A DNA stretch of 64,000 bases from Candidatus Apopatosoma intestinale (GTDB taxonomy: Bacteria > Bacillota > Clostridia > Oscillospirales > CAG-272): positions 66,369 to 130,368 of the forward strand of contig DODZ01000035.1 in the NCBI GenBank assembly GCA_003524145.1, written 5' to 3'. The notes beneath the pieces were generated by a model that saw only the letters and a program-made list of their open reading frames with translations, did not search any database and was not told where the DNA came from. Within the stretch, counting starts at the first letter, position 1; each line of letters opens with the position of its first letter. The position numbers and the translations under genes are program-made. Positions 45,049-54,204 of the stretch are shown one piece after another.

Positions 45049-45663
45049 TCAGTCGCGGAAAAGTCTGCGCGAGAGCGGCAGAAGCACGGAGCCGACCATA
45101 TTTCCGGCTGTTATCACGGCGAGGCGGAGCATGGTTTCGCCGGTTATCATGCGAGCGGCGGCAAAATAAAACATATCCGCTACGCAATGCTCAAATCCGC
45201 AGAGGATGAAAAGTGAAATCGAAAGGAAAAGTACTATGTATTTTCCGACATCGTGCTTTATATTCTTATATCCGTCCACGCCGAAAAACATAAGCAGATT
45301 GCAGAATATGCCGAGCACAAAAAGGCTGAGAAGGCTGTCATCAAGGCGCGCAGCCGTAAATGCGGCGGCTGTCTGTGAGACAGACATACGGGTGAGGTTC
45401 GTGAGCGCGGCGACAAGCCATGTTCCCGCGAAATTGCCTATCCATGTTATGAGCAGAATGAGCAGATAAGAAGGCGGGTTTTCGAAGATGTAGCCGTCTT
45501 TTCCCGTAAAAAGAAAAAATCCGCAGGTGACTACCATGAAGAGTGCAAAGGTAAAAAGAACGGCACCGAGATTTTTGTCGCTGATGCGGCAGTACATAAA
45601 TCCAGCGATGCCGACGCAGATTCCGGCGAAAACGGCTTTAATAAATGCAGATAAGTATTTCAT
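45049..45663 (-). CDS. Formate/nitrite transporter (FNT) family protein, short form
   Basis: ORF-track call trimmed to ATG at 45663 (MKYLSAFIKAVFAG), preceded by GGAGGA. Contains the FNT signature GFEHCVADMFY. 204 aa with about 6 TM segments. Confidence 0.8.
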   Translation of the reverse strand: MKYLSAFIKAVFAGICVGIAGFMYCRISDKNLGAVLFTFALFMVVTCGFFLFTGKDGYIFENPPSYLLILLITWIGNFAGTWLVAALTNLTRMSVSQTAAAFTAARLDDSLLSLFVLGIFCNLLMFFGVDGYKNIKHDVGKYIVLFLSISLFILCGFEHCVADMFYFAAARMITGETMLRLAVITAGNMVGSVLLPLSRRLFRD

Positions 45664-45758
45664 TTTTCCTCCAGAGATTTTATATGTATAAAATATTCTA
45701 TCATGTCGTGCGGGTTTTGTCAATATATGAGGAAAAATGAAAAAGAGCAATTTTATAC

Positions 45759-45787
45759 TTGCAAAAATATAAAATGTGTGATATTAT
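45759..45787 (+). promoter_or_regulatory. Possible sigma-A promoter for the kinase gene
   Basis: TTGCAA (45759-45764), 17 nt, TATTAT (45782-45787). Confidence 0.35.
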
Positions 45788-45821
45788 AGAAAAGAACAAA
45801 AAAATTTTCATCGGAGGCAGC

Positions 45822-46904
45822 ATGAAATTTACTATATTTATAAGCGAAAAGTTTGATATAAACGGAACACCGATTGATAGCACCCCTATAACCGAAGGAC
45901 TTATAAACAGTACATATAAGATATCGACAGACAGCGGGAAGGATTATATTCTGCAGAAAATAAACACAAATGTTTTCAAAAATCCCGATGAATTGATGCA
46001 GAATATAGAAAATGTCTGCAAATACATCTCCGCAAGAGTGGACGACCCCGAGAGAGAGGCGATGACTGTTATCAGGACAAAGGACGGCAAGCTCTGGTAC
46101 AGAGCAGAGGACGGCGGCTGCTGGCGCGTATACAAATTTATAGAGGGCGCGAAATCCATTCAGGCGGCGGAAAACGAAATGTCGCTTTACTATGCGGCAA
46201 AGGCTTTCGGCAAATTCCAGCGCCTGCTCGGCGATTATGATGCATCTACCCTTTTTGAAACGATACCGAATTTTCACAATACGGTGAGCCGCTTTGCCGA
46301 CTTCAAGGCGGCTGTGGAGCATGCTTCTCCAGAGAGAAGAGCGGAATGCGAAAAGGAAATAGAGCAGATTTATGCGCTTGAGCCATATGCGCACATGATA
46401 GTGGACGGACTCGCAAACGGTAAACTGCCGCTGCGCGTTACGCACAACGATACAAAGCTCAACAATGTCATGCTTGACAATGTAACGGGCGAGGGCGTCT
46501 GCGTTATCGACCTCGATACGGTAATGCCCGGCTCGCTTCTCTACGATTTCGGCGACGGTGTGCGCTTTGCCGCCTGCAACAGCGCCGAGGACGAGCGCGA
46601 CCTCTCAAAGGTTTATCACAGACTCGACCTTTTCGAGCAGTATACGCACGGCTTCCTTGACGGTATCGGCGCGAATATAACCGAAAACGAGCGCGATATG
46701 CTTCCTGTTTCCGTGGTGATACTCACATATGAGCTTGTGCTCCGTTTTCTCGGGGACTATCTGAACGGCGATATATATTTCAGAGTAGCCGAGGACAGAC
46801 CGAAGCACAACCTCGAGCGCGGCAGAGCGCAGCTCAAGCTCACGCTCGATACGATATCCAAGCTTGACGAGATGAAGAAAATCGTGGATAAATATTCTAA
46901 ATAA
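45822..46904 (+). CDS. Aminoglycoside-phosphotransferase-fold kinase, N-acetylhexosamine 1-kinase (NahK)-like
   Basis: Start set to ATG at 45822, preceded by GGAGG. Contains YILQKINTNVFKNPDELMQNIENV, which resembles the NahK N-lobe. The Brenner motif is HNDTKLNNVML and the DFG-like region is VIDLDT. Confidence 0.75.
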   Translation: MKFTIFISEKFDINGTPIDSTPITEGLINSTYKISTDSGKDYILQKINTNVFKNPDELMQNIENVCKYISARVDDPEREAMTVIRTKDGKLWYRAEDGGCWRVYKFIEGAKSIQAAENEMSLYYAAKAFGKFQRLLGDYDASTLFETIPNFHNTVSRFADFKAAVEHASPERRAECEKEIEQIYALEPYAHMIVDGLANGKLPLRVTHNDTKLNNVMLDNVTGEGVCVIDLDTVMPGSLLYDFGDGVRFAACNSAEDERDLSKVYHRLDLFEQYTHGFLDGIGANITENERDMLPVSVVILTYELVLRFLGDYLNGDIYFRVAEDRPKHNLERGRAQLKLTLDTISKLDEMKKIVDKYSK

Positions 46905-46914
46905 GAGAATAAGC

Positions 46915-46947
46915 AAAAAAAGGTTGCGGCGATGCCGCAACCTTTTT
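46915..46947. terminator. Bidirectional rho-independent terminator
   Basis: AAAAAAAGGTTGCGGC-gat-GCCGCAACCTTTTT sits between convergent genes. Confidence 0.75.
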
Positions 46948-46959
46948 GTATGCTGTATT

Positions 46960-48336
46960 TTATCCGTTTATCTCATCCGCAATTCTGCGCGCAACGAAAA
47001 CACCGCTTGCAGAGGCATGGGAGAGAGAATGCGTGATGCCGGAGCCGTCGCCTATGATATAGAGTCCCTTGTACTCCGTTTCGAGATACTCGTTTGTATC
47101 GACTTCCATATTGTAGAATTTGACTTCCACGCCATAGAGCAGGGTATCATCGTTTGCTGTTCCGGGGGCAATCTTATCGAGGGCATAAATCATCTCCATT
47201 ATGCCGTCAAGTATACGCTTCGGAAGCACGAGACTGAGGTCACCGGGAGTTGCCGCGAGGGTAGGCGTGACGAATGATTCTTCTATGCGCTTCTGATTGC
47301 TGCGTCTGCCGCGTACAAGGTCGCCGAAGCGCTGGACTATAACGCCGCCGCCGAGCATATTCGAGAGGCGGGCGATGCTTTCGCCATAGCCGTTGCTGTC
47401 CTCAAAAGGCTCGGAAAAATGCTTTGAAACAAGCAGAGCGAAGTTTGTGTTCTCCGTCTGCATTTTCGGGTCCTCATAGCTGTGACCGTTTACCGTGACG
47501 ATGCCGTTTGTATTTTCGTTTACGACGATGCCGTGCGGATTCATGCAGAATGTGCGGACATTATCCTCGAATTTTTCTGTTCTGTATACTATTTTGCTCT
47601 CGTAAAGCTCGTCCGTGAGATGAGAGAAAACAACTGCGGGAAGCTCCACGCGCACACCGAGGTCGACGCGGTTGGATTTTGTATGTATGCCCATCTTCTT
47701 GCATATTTCTTCCATCCATTTGCTTCCGCTTCTGCCGACGGAAACTATACAGTCGCGACATTCAAAGTCGCCCTTATCCGTAGATATCGCAAAGCCCTCA
47801 TCTGTCTTGCAGATGTCATGCACGGGCGTATCGAAACAGAAATCCATGCGTGTGCGCAGATATTCGTAAAGATTTGTCAGCACGACATAGTTTACATCCG
47901 TTCCGAGGTGGCGGACGGAAGCTTCAAGCAGATTGAGCTTATTCTGAATGCATATCTTCTTGAATTTTGAGCCTGCGGTGGTATATAGCTTTGTACCGCT
48001 CCCGCCGTATTCCATATTTATTTCATCGACATATTTCATCAGGTCGAGTGCCTGCTTTTTTCCTATATGCTCGTAAAGCGTGCCGCCGAAATCATTTGTT
48101 ATATTATATTTTCCGTCGGAAAAAGCGCCTGCGCCGCCAAAGCCGCTCATGATAGAGCAGGTTTTACAGCCGATGCAGGTTTTAATTTTGTCGCCGTCGA
48201 TGGGACAGCGGCGCTTGGCAAGAGGATGCCCTGACTCAAAAACCGCGATTTTCAGCTCGGGTGATTTCTTTGTCAGCTCGTATGCGGAGAATATGCCGCC
48301 GGGACCCGCGCCTATGATAATTACGTCGTATTTCAT
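46960..48336 (-). CDS. NAD(P)/FAD-dependent oxidoreductase (COG2509-like)
   Basis: Start set to ATG at 48336 (MKYDVIIIGAGPGG), preceded by GGAG with an 8-nt spacer. The ORF-track start is a GTG three codons upstream. A C-terminal IIGDGSGITHSL-type motif is present. Confidence 0.85.
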   Translation of the reverse strand: MKYDVIIIGAGPGGIFSAYELTKKSPELKIAVFESGHPLAKRRCPIDGDKIKTCIGCKTCSIMSGFGGAGAFSDGKYNITNDFGGTLYEHIGKKQALDLMKYVDEINMEYGGSGTKLYTTAGSKFKKICIQNKLNLLEASVRHLGTDVNYVVLTNLYEYLRTRMDFCFDTPVHDICKTDEGFAISTDKGDFECRDCIVSVGRSGSKWMEEICKKMGIHTKSNRVDLGVRVELPAVVFSHLTDELYESKIVYRTEKFEDNVRTFCMNPHGIVVNENTNGIVTVNGHSYEDPKMQTENTNFALLVSKHFSEPFEDSNGYGESIARLSNMLGGGVIVQRFGDLVRGRRSNQKRIEESFVTPTLAATPGDLSLVLPKRILDGIMEMIYALDKIAPGTANDDTLLYGVEVKFYNMEVDTNEYLETEYKGLYIIGDGSGITHSLSHASASGVFVARRIADEING

Positions 48337-48396
48337 TTTATCCACTCCGTTTGCCGCCTTCGCGGCGTGATTTCAGGTCAACAAGACCAGCAATTT

Positions 48397-48425
48397 ATTA
48401 TACATGAAGCGCGGCAATAAGTCAA
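48397..48425 (-). promoter_or_regulatory. Sigma-A-type promoter (minus strand) for the FAD oxidoreductase gene
   Basis: On the minus strand: TTGACT (48425-48420), 17 nt, TATAAT (48402-48397), with TG just upstream of the -10. Confidence 0.5.
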
Positions 48426-48461
48426 GCGGAAAAATGTAAATAAATGCACGTGCTGCCGTTA

Positions 48462-48505
48462 AAATCGCGGTGAAAAATCCATTCTCGGATTTTTCACCGC
48501 GATTT
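48462..48505 (-). terminator. Very stable hairpin (perfect 19-bp stem) downstream of the small ORF
   Basis: AAATCGCGGTGAAAAATCC-attctc-GGATTTTTCACCGCGATTT. The U-tract is weak in both directions, so this may be a terminator or an RNA-stabilising element. Confidence 0.55.
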
Positions 48506-48512
48506 CGGCTTG

Positions 48513-48740
48513 CTATCTTGCTTTTTTGTGCTTTGACGAGTGGTCGAGAGCCGTTACGGGGACATCGTAAATATCCGTATATGCCGCCGCCTCCGTGCCG
48601 TTTTCGGGAATATGCTGTGTTATGCCCGTACATTCGTTTGCACTGGCAACGGGATTTGTGAGGAAAGCATCCTTTGTGCGGCTGTGCGGGTCGGTCATCG
48701 CCTCGCGGCGTTTTGCCTTTGCTTCTTTTCCTGTAATCAT
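48513..48740 (-). CDS. Hypothetical small hydrophilic protein (75 aa)
   Basis: RBS GGAG lies 10 nt upstream of the ATG. The sequence is charged and non-repetitive (MITGKEAKAKRREAMTDPHSRTKD...). Preferred over the overlapping Arg-rich 127-aa frame. I recognise no family. Confidence 0.45.
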   Translation of the reverse strand: MITGKEAKAKRREAMTDPHSRTKDAFLTNPVASANECTGITQHIPENGTEAAAYTDIYDVPVTALDHSSKHKKAR

Positions 48741-48802
48741 TTTTTATCATCTCCATTCGGGATTATTCTTTGCAATTTCTTCGCTTTTATGCCAAAAGCA
48801 TC

Positions 48803-48831
48803 TTGAATTTATCGCAATTATAATGTATAAT
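48803..48831 (+). promoter_or_regulatory. Sigma-A-type promoter for prfA
   Basis: TTGAAT (48803-48808), 17 nt, TATAAT (48826-48831), with TG upstream of the -10. Confidence 0.5.
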
Positions 48832-48874
48832 ATACTATGATTATTTATGGTTGACCGGGAGAAGGAGCGGCTTT

Positions 48875-49969
48875 ATGCTTGAAAAGTTAAAGGAAATAGA
48901 AGAAAAGTTTATCGGTATAGAGTCGGAGCTTGCAAAGCCGGAGGTTGTCTCGGACAAGGAAAAATTCCGCGCTCTCATGAAGGAGCACAAGACACTCCTG
49001 CCGATAGTGGAAAAATACAGGGAATACTGCGCCGAGAAAAAGAACGAGGAAGAGGCGGAGGAAATAATCGCCGAGACTCACGATGCGGAGCTTAAGAAAA
49101 TGGCACAGGAGGAGAGAGCGGCATCAAAGGATAAATGCAAGGGCTTCCTTGACGAACTGCAGCTTCTTTTGCTCCCGCACGACCCAAATGACGACAAGAA
49201 TGTTATAATAGAGATACGCGGCGGAGCGGGCGGCGATGAAGCGGCGCTTTTTGCCTACAATCTTTACCGCATGTATACGATGTATGCGGCCTCTGTAGGT
49301 TGGAAAACGGAGATAATAGAGCTGAATGAAACGGAACTGGGCGGCTTCAAAGAGGTTTCGTTCCTCGTAGAGGGCGAGGGCGCATATTCAAAGTTGAAAT
49401 TTGAGAGCGGCGTGCATCGCGTTCAGCGCGTACCCGAAACAGAGGCGAGCGGCAGAATCCACACCTCGACTGTCACCGTGGCGGTGCTCCCCGAGGCGGA
49501 GGATATAGAGATAGAGATAAATCCCGCCGATATCAAGCTGGAATCCTGCAAGAGCAGCGGCGCGGGCGGTCAGCATGTCAATAAAACCGAGAGCGCAGTA
49601 CGCCTCACGCATAAGCCGACAGGCATTGTTATCGAATGTCAGGAGGAGCGCAGTCAGTTCAAGAACAGGGACAAGGCGATGAAACTCCTGCGCACGAAGC
49701 TCTATGATATGGAGCGTACAAAGCGCGACAGCGAGCTTGCCTCGGCAAGAAAAAGCCAGGTCGGAACGGGCGACAGAAGCGAGAGGATACGCACCTACAA
49801 TTATCCGCAGGGACGCATCACCGACCACAGAATAGGGCTTACGGTATATAATTTCGAGAATTTTCTCGCGGGAGATATAGGCGGCATGATAAATGCGCTG
49901 ATAGCGGCAGACACCGCCGAAAAGCTGAAAGGCGAAAATAATGAGAACAGAGACAGTAAAAATAAATAA
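48875..49969 (+). CDS. prfA: Peptide chain release factor 1
   Basis: Start set to ATG at 48875 (MLEKLKEIEEKF), preceded by AAGGAG with a 7-nt spacer. Contains the PET tripeptide (RVPETEASGRIHTS) and the GGQ motif (SGAGGQHVNKTESA). Confidence 0.95.
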   Translation: MLEKLKEIEEKFIGIESELAKPEVVSDKEKFRALMKEHKTLLPIVEKYREYCAEKKNEEEAEEIIAETHDAELKKMAQEERAASKDKCKGFLDELQLLLLPHDPNDDKNVIIEIRGGAGGDEAALFAYNLYRMYTMYAASVGWKTEIIELNETELGGFKEVSFLVEGEGAYSKLKFESGVHRVQRVPETEASGRIHTSTVTVAVLPEAEDIEIEINPADIKLESCKSSGAGGQHVNKTESAVRLTHKPTGIVIECQEERSQFKNRDKAMKLLRTKLYDMERTKRDSELASARKSQVGTGDRSERIRTYNYPQGRITDHRIGLTVYNFENFLAGDIGGMINALIAADTAEKLKGENNENRDSKNK

Positions 49970-50993
49970 AGAGCTGCCGCTTGAGCCGCAGCTTTGCCGC
50001 GCTGCAGAGGTGATACGAGGCGGAGGGCTTGTCGCCTTTCCGACGGAGACGGTATACGGGCTGGGCGCAAACGGGCTCGATGAAAAAGCTGCCGCGGCTA
50101 TCTATGCGGCAAAGGGCAGACCGAGCGACAATCCGCTCATTCTCCATATAGACGAGCCGACAAAAGCGGAGAAGTATGCGTATACCTGCGAAGCCTACTA
50201 CGCGCTTGCGAGAAAATTCATGCCGGGACCGCTCACCGTGATAATGCCGAAGCGCGATATAGTGCCTATGGCGACGACGGGCGGGCTTGAGACTGTGGCG
50301 CTCCGTTGCCCCGAAAACAGGATAGCGAGGGAGCTTATCCGCCTCTGCGACCTGCCGATAGCGGCACCGAGCGCGAATATCTCGGGCAAGCCGAGCCCGA
50401 CCTGCGCCGCTCATGTGCTCCATGATATGGACGGGCGCATAGATATGGTGATAGACGGCGGAGAATGTGATATCGGCGTGGAATCAACAATAGTTGAGCT
50501 TGCCGGCGGGAAAGCAACACTGCTTCGCCCCGGCGCGATAACGCTCGACATGCTCCGCGAGGTGCTCGGCGAGGTTTCGGAAGACCCGACGATAACACAT
50601 ATTCCGGAGGTCGGTATGAGACCGAAAGCCCCCGGTATGAAATATCGGCATTATGCACCGAGTGCGCCGACTGTACTGATATGTGACGACGGCACGGCGG
50701 ATTTTGATATGCGTGCGATAAAATTTCTCTCGGCAAAAAAAGCCGAGGATAAAAAGACAGGCATACTCTGCTTTGAGGAATATATTCCCGAGCTTGCGGG
50801 GAAATATACCGTCAGCCTCGGCGAAAAGAGCGATGAGAGCGAGCACGCGCGGCGGCTTTTTGCGGCTCTGCGGCATTTTGACGATCTCGGCGCCGACAGG
50901 ATATATGCTACCGTTTCAAGCACTGGCGATGCGGGGCTCGCTTTTTACAACAGGATGCTCAAGGCTTCCGGATACAATATAGAAAAGGTTTGA
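49941..50993 (+). CDS. tsaC: L-threonylcarbamoyladenylate synthase, long Sua5/YwlC type
   Basis: 350 aa. The YrdC domain is present (VAFPTETVYGLGANG, KGRPSDNPLILHI, SANISGKPSPT), followed by a C-terminal Sua5 domain. Overlaps prfA by 29 nt. Confidence 0.9.
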   Translation: MRTETVKINKELPLEPQLCRAAEVIRGGGLVAFPTETVYGLGANGLDEKAAAAIYAAKGRPSDNPLILHIDEPTKAEKYAYTCEAYYALARKFMPGPLTVIMPKRDIVPMATTGGLETVALRCPENRIARELIRLCDLPIAAPSANISGKPSPTCAAHVLHDMDGRIDMVIDGGECDIGVESTIVELAGGKATLLRPGAITLDMLREVLGEVSEDPTITHIPEVGMRPKAPGMKYRHYAPSAPTVLICDDGTADFDMRAIKFLSAKKAEDKKTGILCFEEYIPELAGKYTVSLGEKSDESEHARRLFAALRHFDDLGADRIYATVSSTGDAGLAFYNRMLKASGYNIEKV

Positions 50994-51000
50994 TAGTGTT

Positions 51001-51576
51001 ATGATTATCGGAATTACAGGCGGAAGCGGAAGCGGAAAAAGTGCGCTCTCGGCGCTCTTTGCCGCTGACGGCTTTTTTGTGATTGACTGCGACGCGCTCG
51101 TACACAGGCTTTACGGCGAGAGCAAATACATAAATGCCGTATGCGCCGCCTTTCCGGAGGTGCGCGCTGAATACGGTATAGACAGAAAAAAGCTCGCCGC
51201 AATTGTATTTTCTTGTCCGACAGAGCTGGAAAGGCTGAACAAAACCGTTTTGCCGCTCATTTCAGATGCTGTGATGGCAGAGGCGGAAAACGGACGCGGA
51301 CATCGCGGCATTATACTTGACGCGCCGACGCTTTTTGAAGCGGGGCTTGATAAGAAATGCGACATTGTTATCGGAGTTATAGCCGACGAAGATATACGAA
51401 TAGCGAGAATAGCGGCGCGCGACGGTATCTCCGAGGTGCAGGCGCACGCCCGCATATCATCGCAGAAAAGCGATGAGTTTTACCGCACGCATTGCGATTT
51501 CACCGTCTGCAACAACGGTGCACGCGAGCTCTGCGAGGTTTACTCGGAGCTGAGAAAAAAGATAGGAGTCCGTTGA
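51001..51576 (+). CDS. coaE: Dephospho-CoA kinase
   Basis: 191 aa. Contains MIIGITGGSGSGKS (P-loop), DCDALVHRLY and LDAPTLFEAG. Confidence 0.92.
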   Translation: MIIGITGGSGSGKSALSALFAADGFFVIDCDALVHRLYGESKYINAVCAAFPEVRAEYGIDRKKLAAIVFSCPTELERLNKTVLPLISDAVMAEAENGRGHRGIILDAPTLFEAGLDKKCDIVIGVIADEDIRIARIAARDGISEVQAHARISSQKSDEFYRTHCDFTVCNNGARELCEVYSELRKKIGVR

Positions 51577-52667
51577 TGGCAAAAAGAAGCCCTTTCCTGA
51601 TTTATATCAGAATAATTTTGCTTGTCATATTCATTCTTGCCTCTGTACTGCTTACCTTTTCGGAGGCGAAGCGCAGGGAGAGAATGGTTGATTTTGCGGA
51701 AGTTTATCCGATAGTACATAAATATTCGGAGGAATACGGCGTAGAGGAAAACATGATACTTGCCATGATACGCACGGCAAGTAATTTCAATGCCAATGCA
51801 GTCTCTTCCTCGGGCGCGATAGGACTGATGCAGATATCGCCCGCCACATATACCGGAGATATCAAGCCCCGCCTCGGCTCAAACGAGAGCGAGGGCAGGC
51901 TTTATGATCCGGATTTCAATGTTATGTGCGGAGTGTTTTACTTTCGTGTATGGCTTGACTATTTCAATTCGCCCGAGCTTGCCCTTGCCGCCTACAATGC
52001 CGGAGCAGGCAATGTACGGAAGTGGATTTCAAATTCCGAATATGCCGAGGGCGGTGTGCTCAAGCAGGATAAAATCCCCTCTGCCGCCACGGCGGAATAT
52101 ATGAAAACCGTCATGCGCCACTATAATGAATACAACAAGACCTACGGCGAGGCAAAGATAAAGCGAGAGGTGAATATGGATGGAAAGCGCTATATTTCAC
52201 GCGAGCTATGCTTTGAATTTGCGAAAAAGTATGCGAAAATGTATGATGTCAGTCCGTATCTCGTGATAGCGATAGCAGAGGTGGAAAGCGGCTTCGATGC
52301 CAACGCGCTTTCAACCTCGAATGCCATGGGGCTTACGCAGATAAAGCCCGATACATATAAGGTTGATATCGCGGCAAACCTCTGCATAGACGACCCGCCC
52401 GAGCGGCTCTATGACCCCGAATTTTCGATAAAATGTTGCGCATACTATGTTTCGTGGATTCAGACGAGATTGCGCAGGGTAGGCACAGGCTCGGATATGC
52501 AGGTGGCTGCGGCATACCACGGCGGCATAAACAAGGTTCGCTCATGGCTCGCGGACGGCGAATACAGCAACGAAGGCGAGCTTCTCTATGATAAGCTTCC
52601 CGATGCCGCGACAAAACGCTATGTCGAAAAGGTCATGGCGGCATACGATAACTGGAAAAATAAATAA
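51576..52667 (+). CDS. Lytic transglycosylase with two SLT domains, N-terminal membrane anchor
   Basis: Start set to ATG at 51576 (MAKRSPFLIYIRIILLV), which shares its A with the coaE TGA stop (TGATG). Two SLT cores are present: ENMILAMIRTASNFNANAVSSSGAIGLMQI and YLVIAIAEVESGFDANALSTSNAMGLTQI. Confidence 0.85.
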   Translation: MAKRSPFLIYIRIILLVIFILASVLLTFSEAKRRERMVDFAEVYPIVHKYSEEYGVEENMILAMIRTASNFNANAVSSSGAIGLMQISPATYTGDIKPRLGSNESEGRLYDPDFNVMCGVFYFRVWLDYFNSPELALAAYNAGAGNVRKWISNSEYAEGGVLKQDKIPSAATAEYMKTVMRHYNEYNKTYGEAKIKREVNMDGKRYISRELCFEFAKKYAKMYDVSPYLVIAIAEVESGFDANALSTSNAMGLTQIKPDTYKVDIAANLCIDDPPERLYDPEFSIKCCAYYVSWIQTRLRRVGTGSDMQVAAAYHGGINKVRSWLADGEYSNEGELLYDKLPDAATKRYVEKVMAAYDNWKNK

Positions 52668-52691
52668 TTTACATAAAGAAAGGAAAAAATC

Positions 52692-54110
52692 ATGGAAGAG
52701 ACAAATGTAAAAAAGGATGAAAAATCCGTAGCCGACACGCTGAAGGAAGAGCTTTTCTTCAAGGGCAAAAATGCTTTTGAAGAGATGAATGAAGAGGAAA
52801 CAGAGAAGTGCTTTGAATATGCAAAGGGCTATGTAAAATTCCTCGATAACGGCAAGACGGAGCGCGAATGTGTAAAGACAGCTGTCGCTTTGCTTGAGGA
52901 AAAGGGATTTATACCCTTTGAATTCGGCATGCAGGTGAACGCGGGCGAAAAGTATTATTACAATAACCGCGGAAAGAGCCTTGCCGCATTCATTGTCGGC
53001 AGTGAAAGCCTCGAGAGCGGCGTTTATATGTCTGCCGCACATATCGACTCACCGAGAATAGACCTGAAGCAGCATCCGCTCTATGAAGCGGACGGCTTCG
53101 GCTTCTTCAAGACGCATTACTACGGCGGCATCAAGAAATATCAGTGGACAACCATACCGCTTGCCATTCACGGCGTTGTTGCCAAGAAGGACGGAAGCGT
53201 GGTCGAGGTTGTTGTCGGCGAAGACGATAATGACCCTGTTTTCTATATCACAGACCTGCTCCCGCATCTCGCAGGCGGTCAGATGGCAAAGACAGGCGGT
53301 AATATCATCGCGGGTGAACAGCTCAATATTCTCATCGGTTCGCGCCCCTACAGCGTAAAGACAGGCGACGCGGTAAAGCTCAATATCATGAAGATTCTCA
53401 ATGATAAATACGGCATCACAGAGGGCGATTTCATGAGTGCGGAGCTTGAAATGGTTCCCGCAAATAAGGCAAGAGATATCGGTTTCGATCGCAGTCTTAT
53501 CGGTGCTTACGGTCATGACGACAGAGTTTGCGCTTATCCTACGCTGACTGCTCTCATGGAAACCGAAAACCCGAAGCACACGGTAATGGCTATTCTTGCC
53601 GACAAGGAAGAGATAGGCAGCGAAGGTAACAGCGGCATGAAGAGCGCCGTTTATTTCGATATCATCGCCGATATGGCAAATACGCTCGGCGTTTCCGATG
53701 CGGTTGTCAGAAGAAGCTCCAAGTGCCTCTCATCCGATGTAAATGCGGCTTATGACCCGAATTTTGCCGAGGTTCACGAGAGACGCAACAGCTGCTTTGC
53801 AAACGGCGGCGTTGTTATCACCAAATTTACGGGTTCGCGCGGCAAATCCGGCTCAAACGATGCTTCGGCTGAATTTATGGGCTTTGTACGCAGTGTGCTC
53901 GATGATGCGGGCGTAGTATGGCAGACCTCCGAGCTTGGCAAGGTTGATGCGGGCGGCGGCGGTACTGTTGCCATGTATATCGCACAGAAGAATGTCGATG
54001 TGGTAGACCTCGGCGTTCCGGTGCTTTCCATGCACGCACCCTATGAAGTTGTGGCAAAGACAGATGTTTATATGACACATAAGGCTATCGCGGCTTTCTT
54101 TGCGAAATAA
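52692..54110 (+). CDS. apeA: M18 family aminopeptidase
   Basis: 472 aa. Contains SAAHIDSPRIDLK, HYYGGIKKYQW, GAYGHDDRVC, ADKEEIGSEG and LSMHAPYE. Confidence 0.88.
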   Translation: MEETNVKKDEKSVADTLKEELFFKGKNAFEEMNEEETEKCFEYAKGYVKFLDNGKTERECVKTAVALLEEKGFIPFEFGMQVNAGEKYYYNNRGKSLAAFIVGSESLESGVYMSAAHIDSPRIDLKQHPLYEADGFGFFKTHYYGGIKKYQWTTIPLAIHGVVAKKDGSVVEVVVGEDDNDPVFYITDLLPHLAGGQMAKTGGNIIAGEQLNILIGSRPYSVKTGDAVKLNIMKILNDKYGITEGDFMSAELEMVPANKARDIGFDRSLIGAYGHDDRVCAYPTLTALMETENPKHTVMAILADKEEIGSEGNSGMKSAVYFDIIADMANTLGVSDAVVRRSSKCLSSDVNAAYDPNFAEVHERRNSCFANGGVVITKFTGSRGKSGSNDASAEFMGFVRSVLDDAGVVWQTSELGKVDAGGGGTVAMYIAQKNVDVVDLGVPVLSMHAPYEVVAKTDVYMTHKAIAAFFAK

Positions 54111-54137
54111 GATAGAAATAATTTGGAAGATAATGAT

Positions 54138-54173
54138 AAAACTCCCGTCTGCACCATGCAGGCGGGAGTTTTT
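54138..54173. terminator. Bidirectional terminator between convergent genes
   Basis: AAAACTCCCGTCTGCA-cc-TGCAGGCGGGAGTTTT forms a long hairpin with one mismatch, followed by a T-run. Confidence 0.65.
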
Positions 54174-54204
54174 GTATGTATGCTGATTAGTCGAATTCTT
54201 CGGT

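Noticed and set aside
45753-46445. 230-aa minus-strand ORF antisense to the NahK-like kinase
   Set aside because: Shadow ORF with no RBS. The kinase motifs lie on the plus strand.
48373-48756. 127-aa minus-strand ORF overlapping the 75-aa ORF in another frame
   Set aside because: The sequence is Arg/Gly/Pro-rich (…GKTPRGDDRPAQPHKGCFPHKSRCQCKRMYGHNT…) and runs straight through the 19-bp hairpin. The 75-aa frame has the better RBS and composition, though it is itself only moderate confidence.
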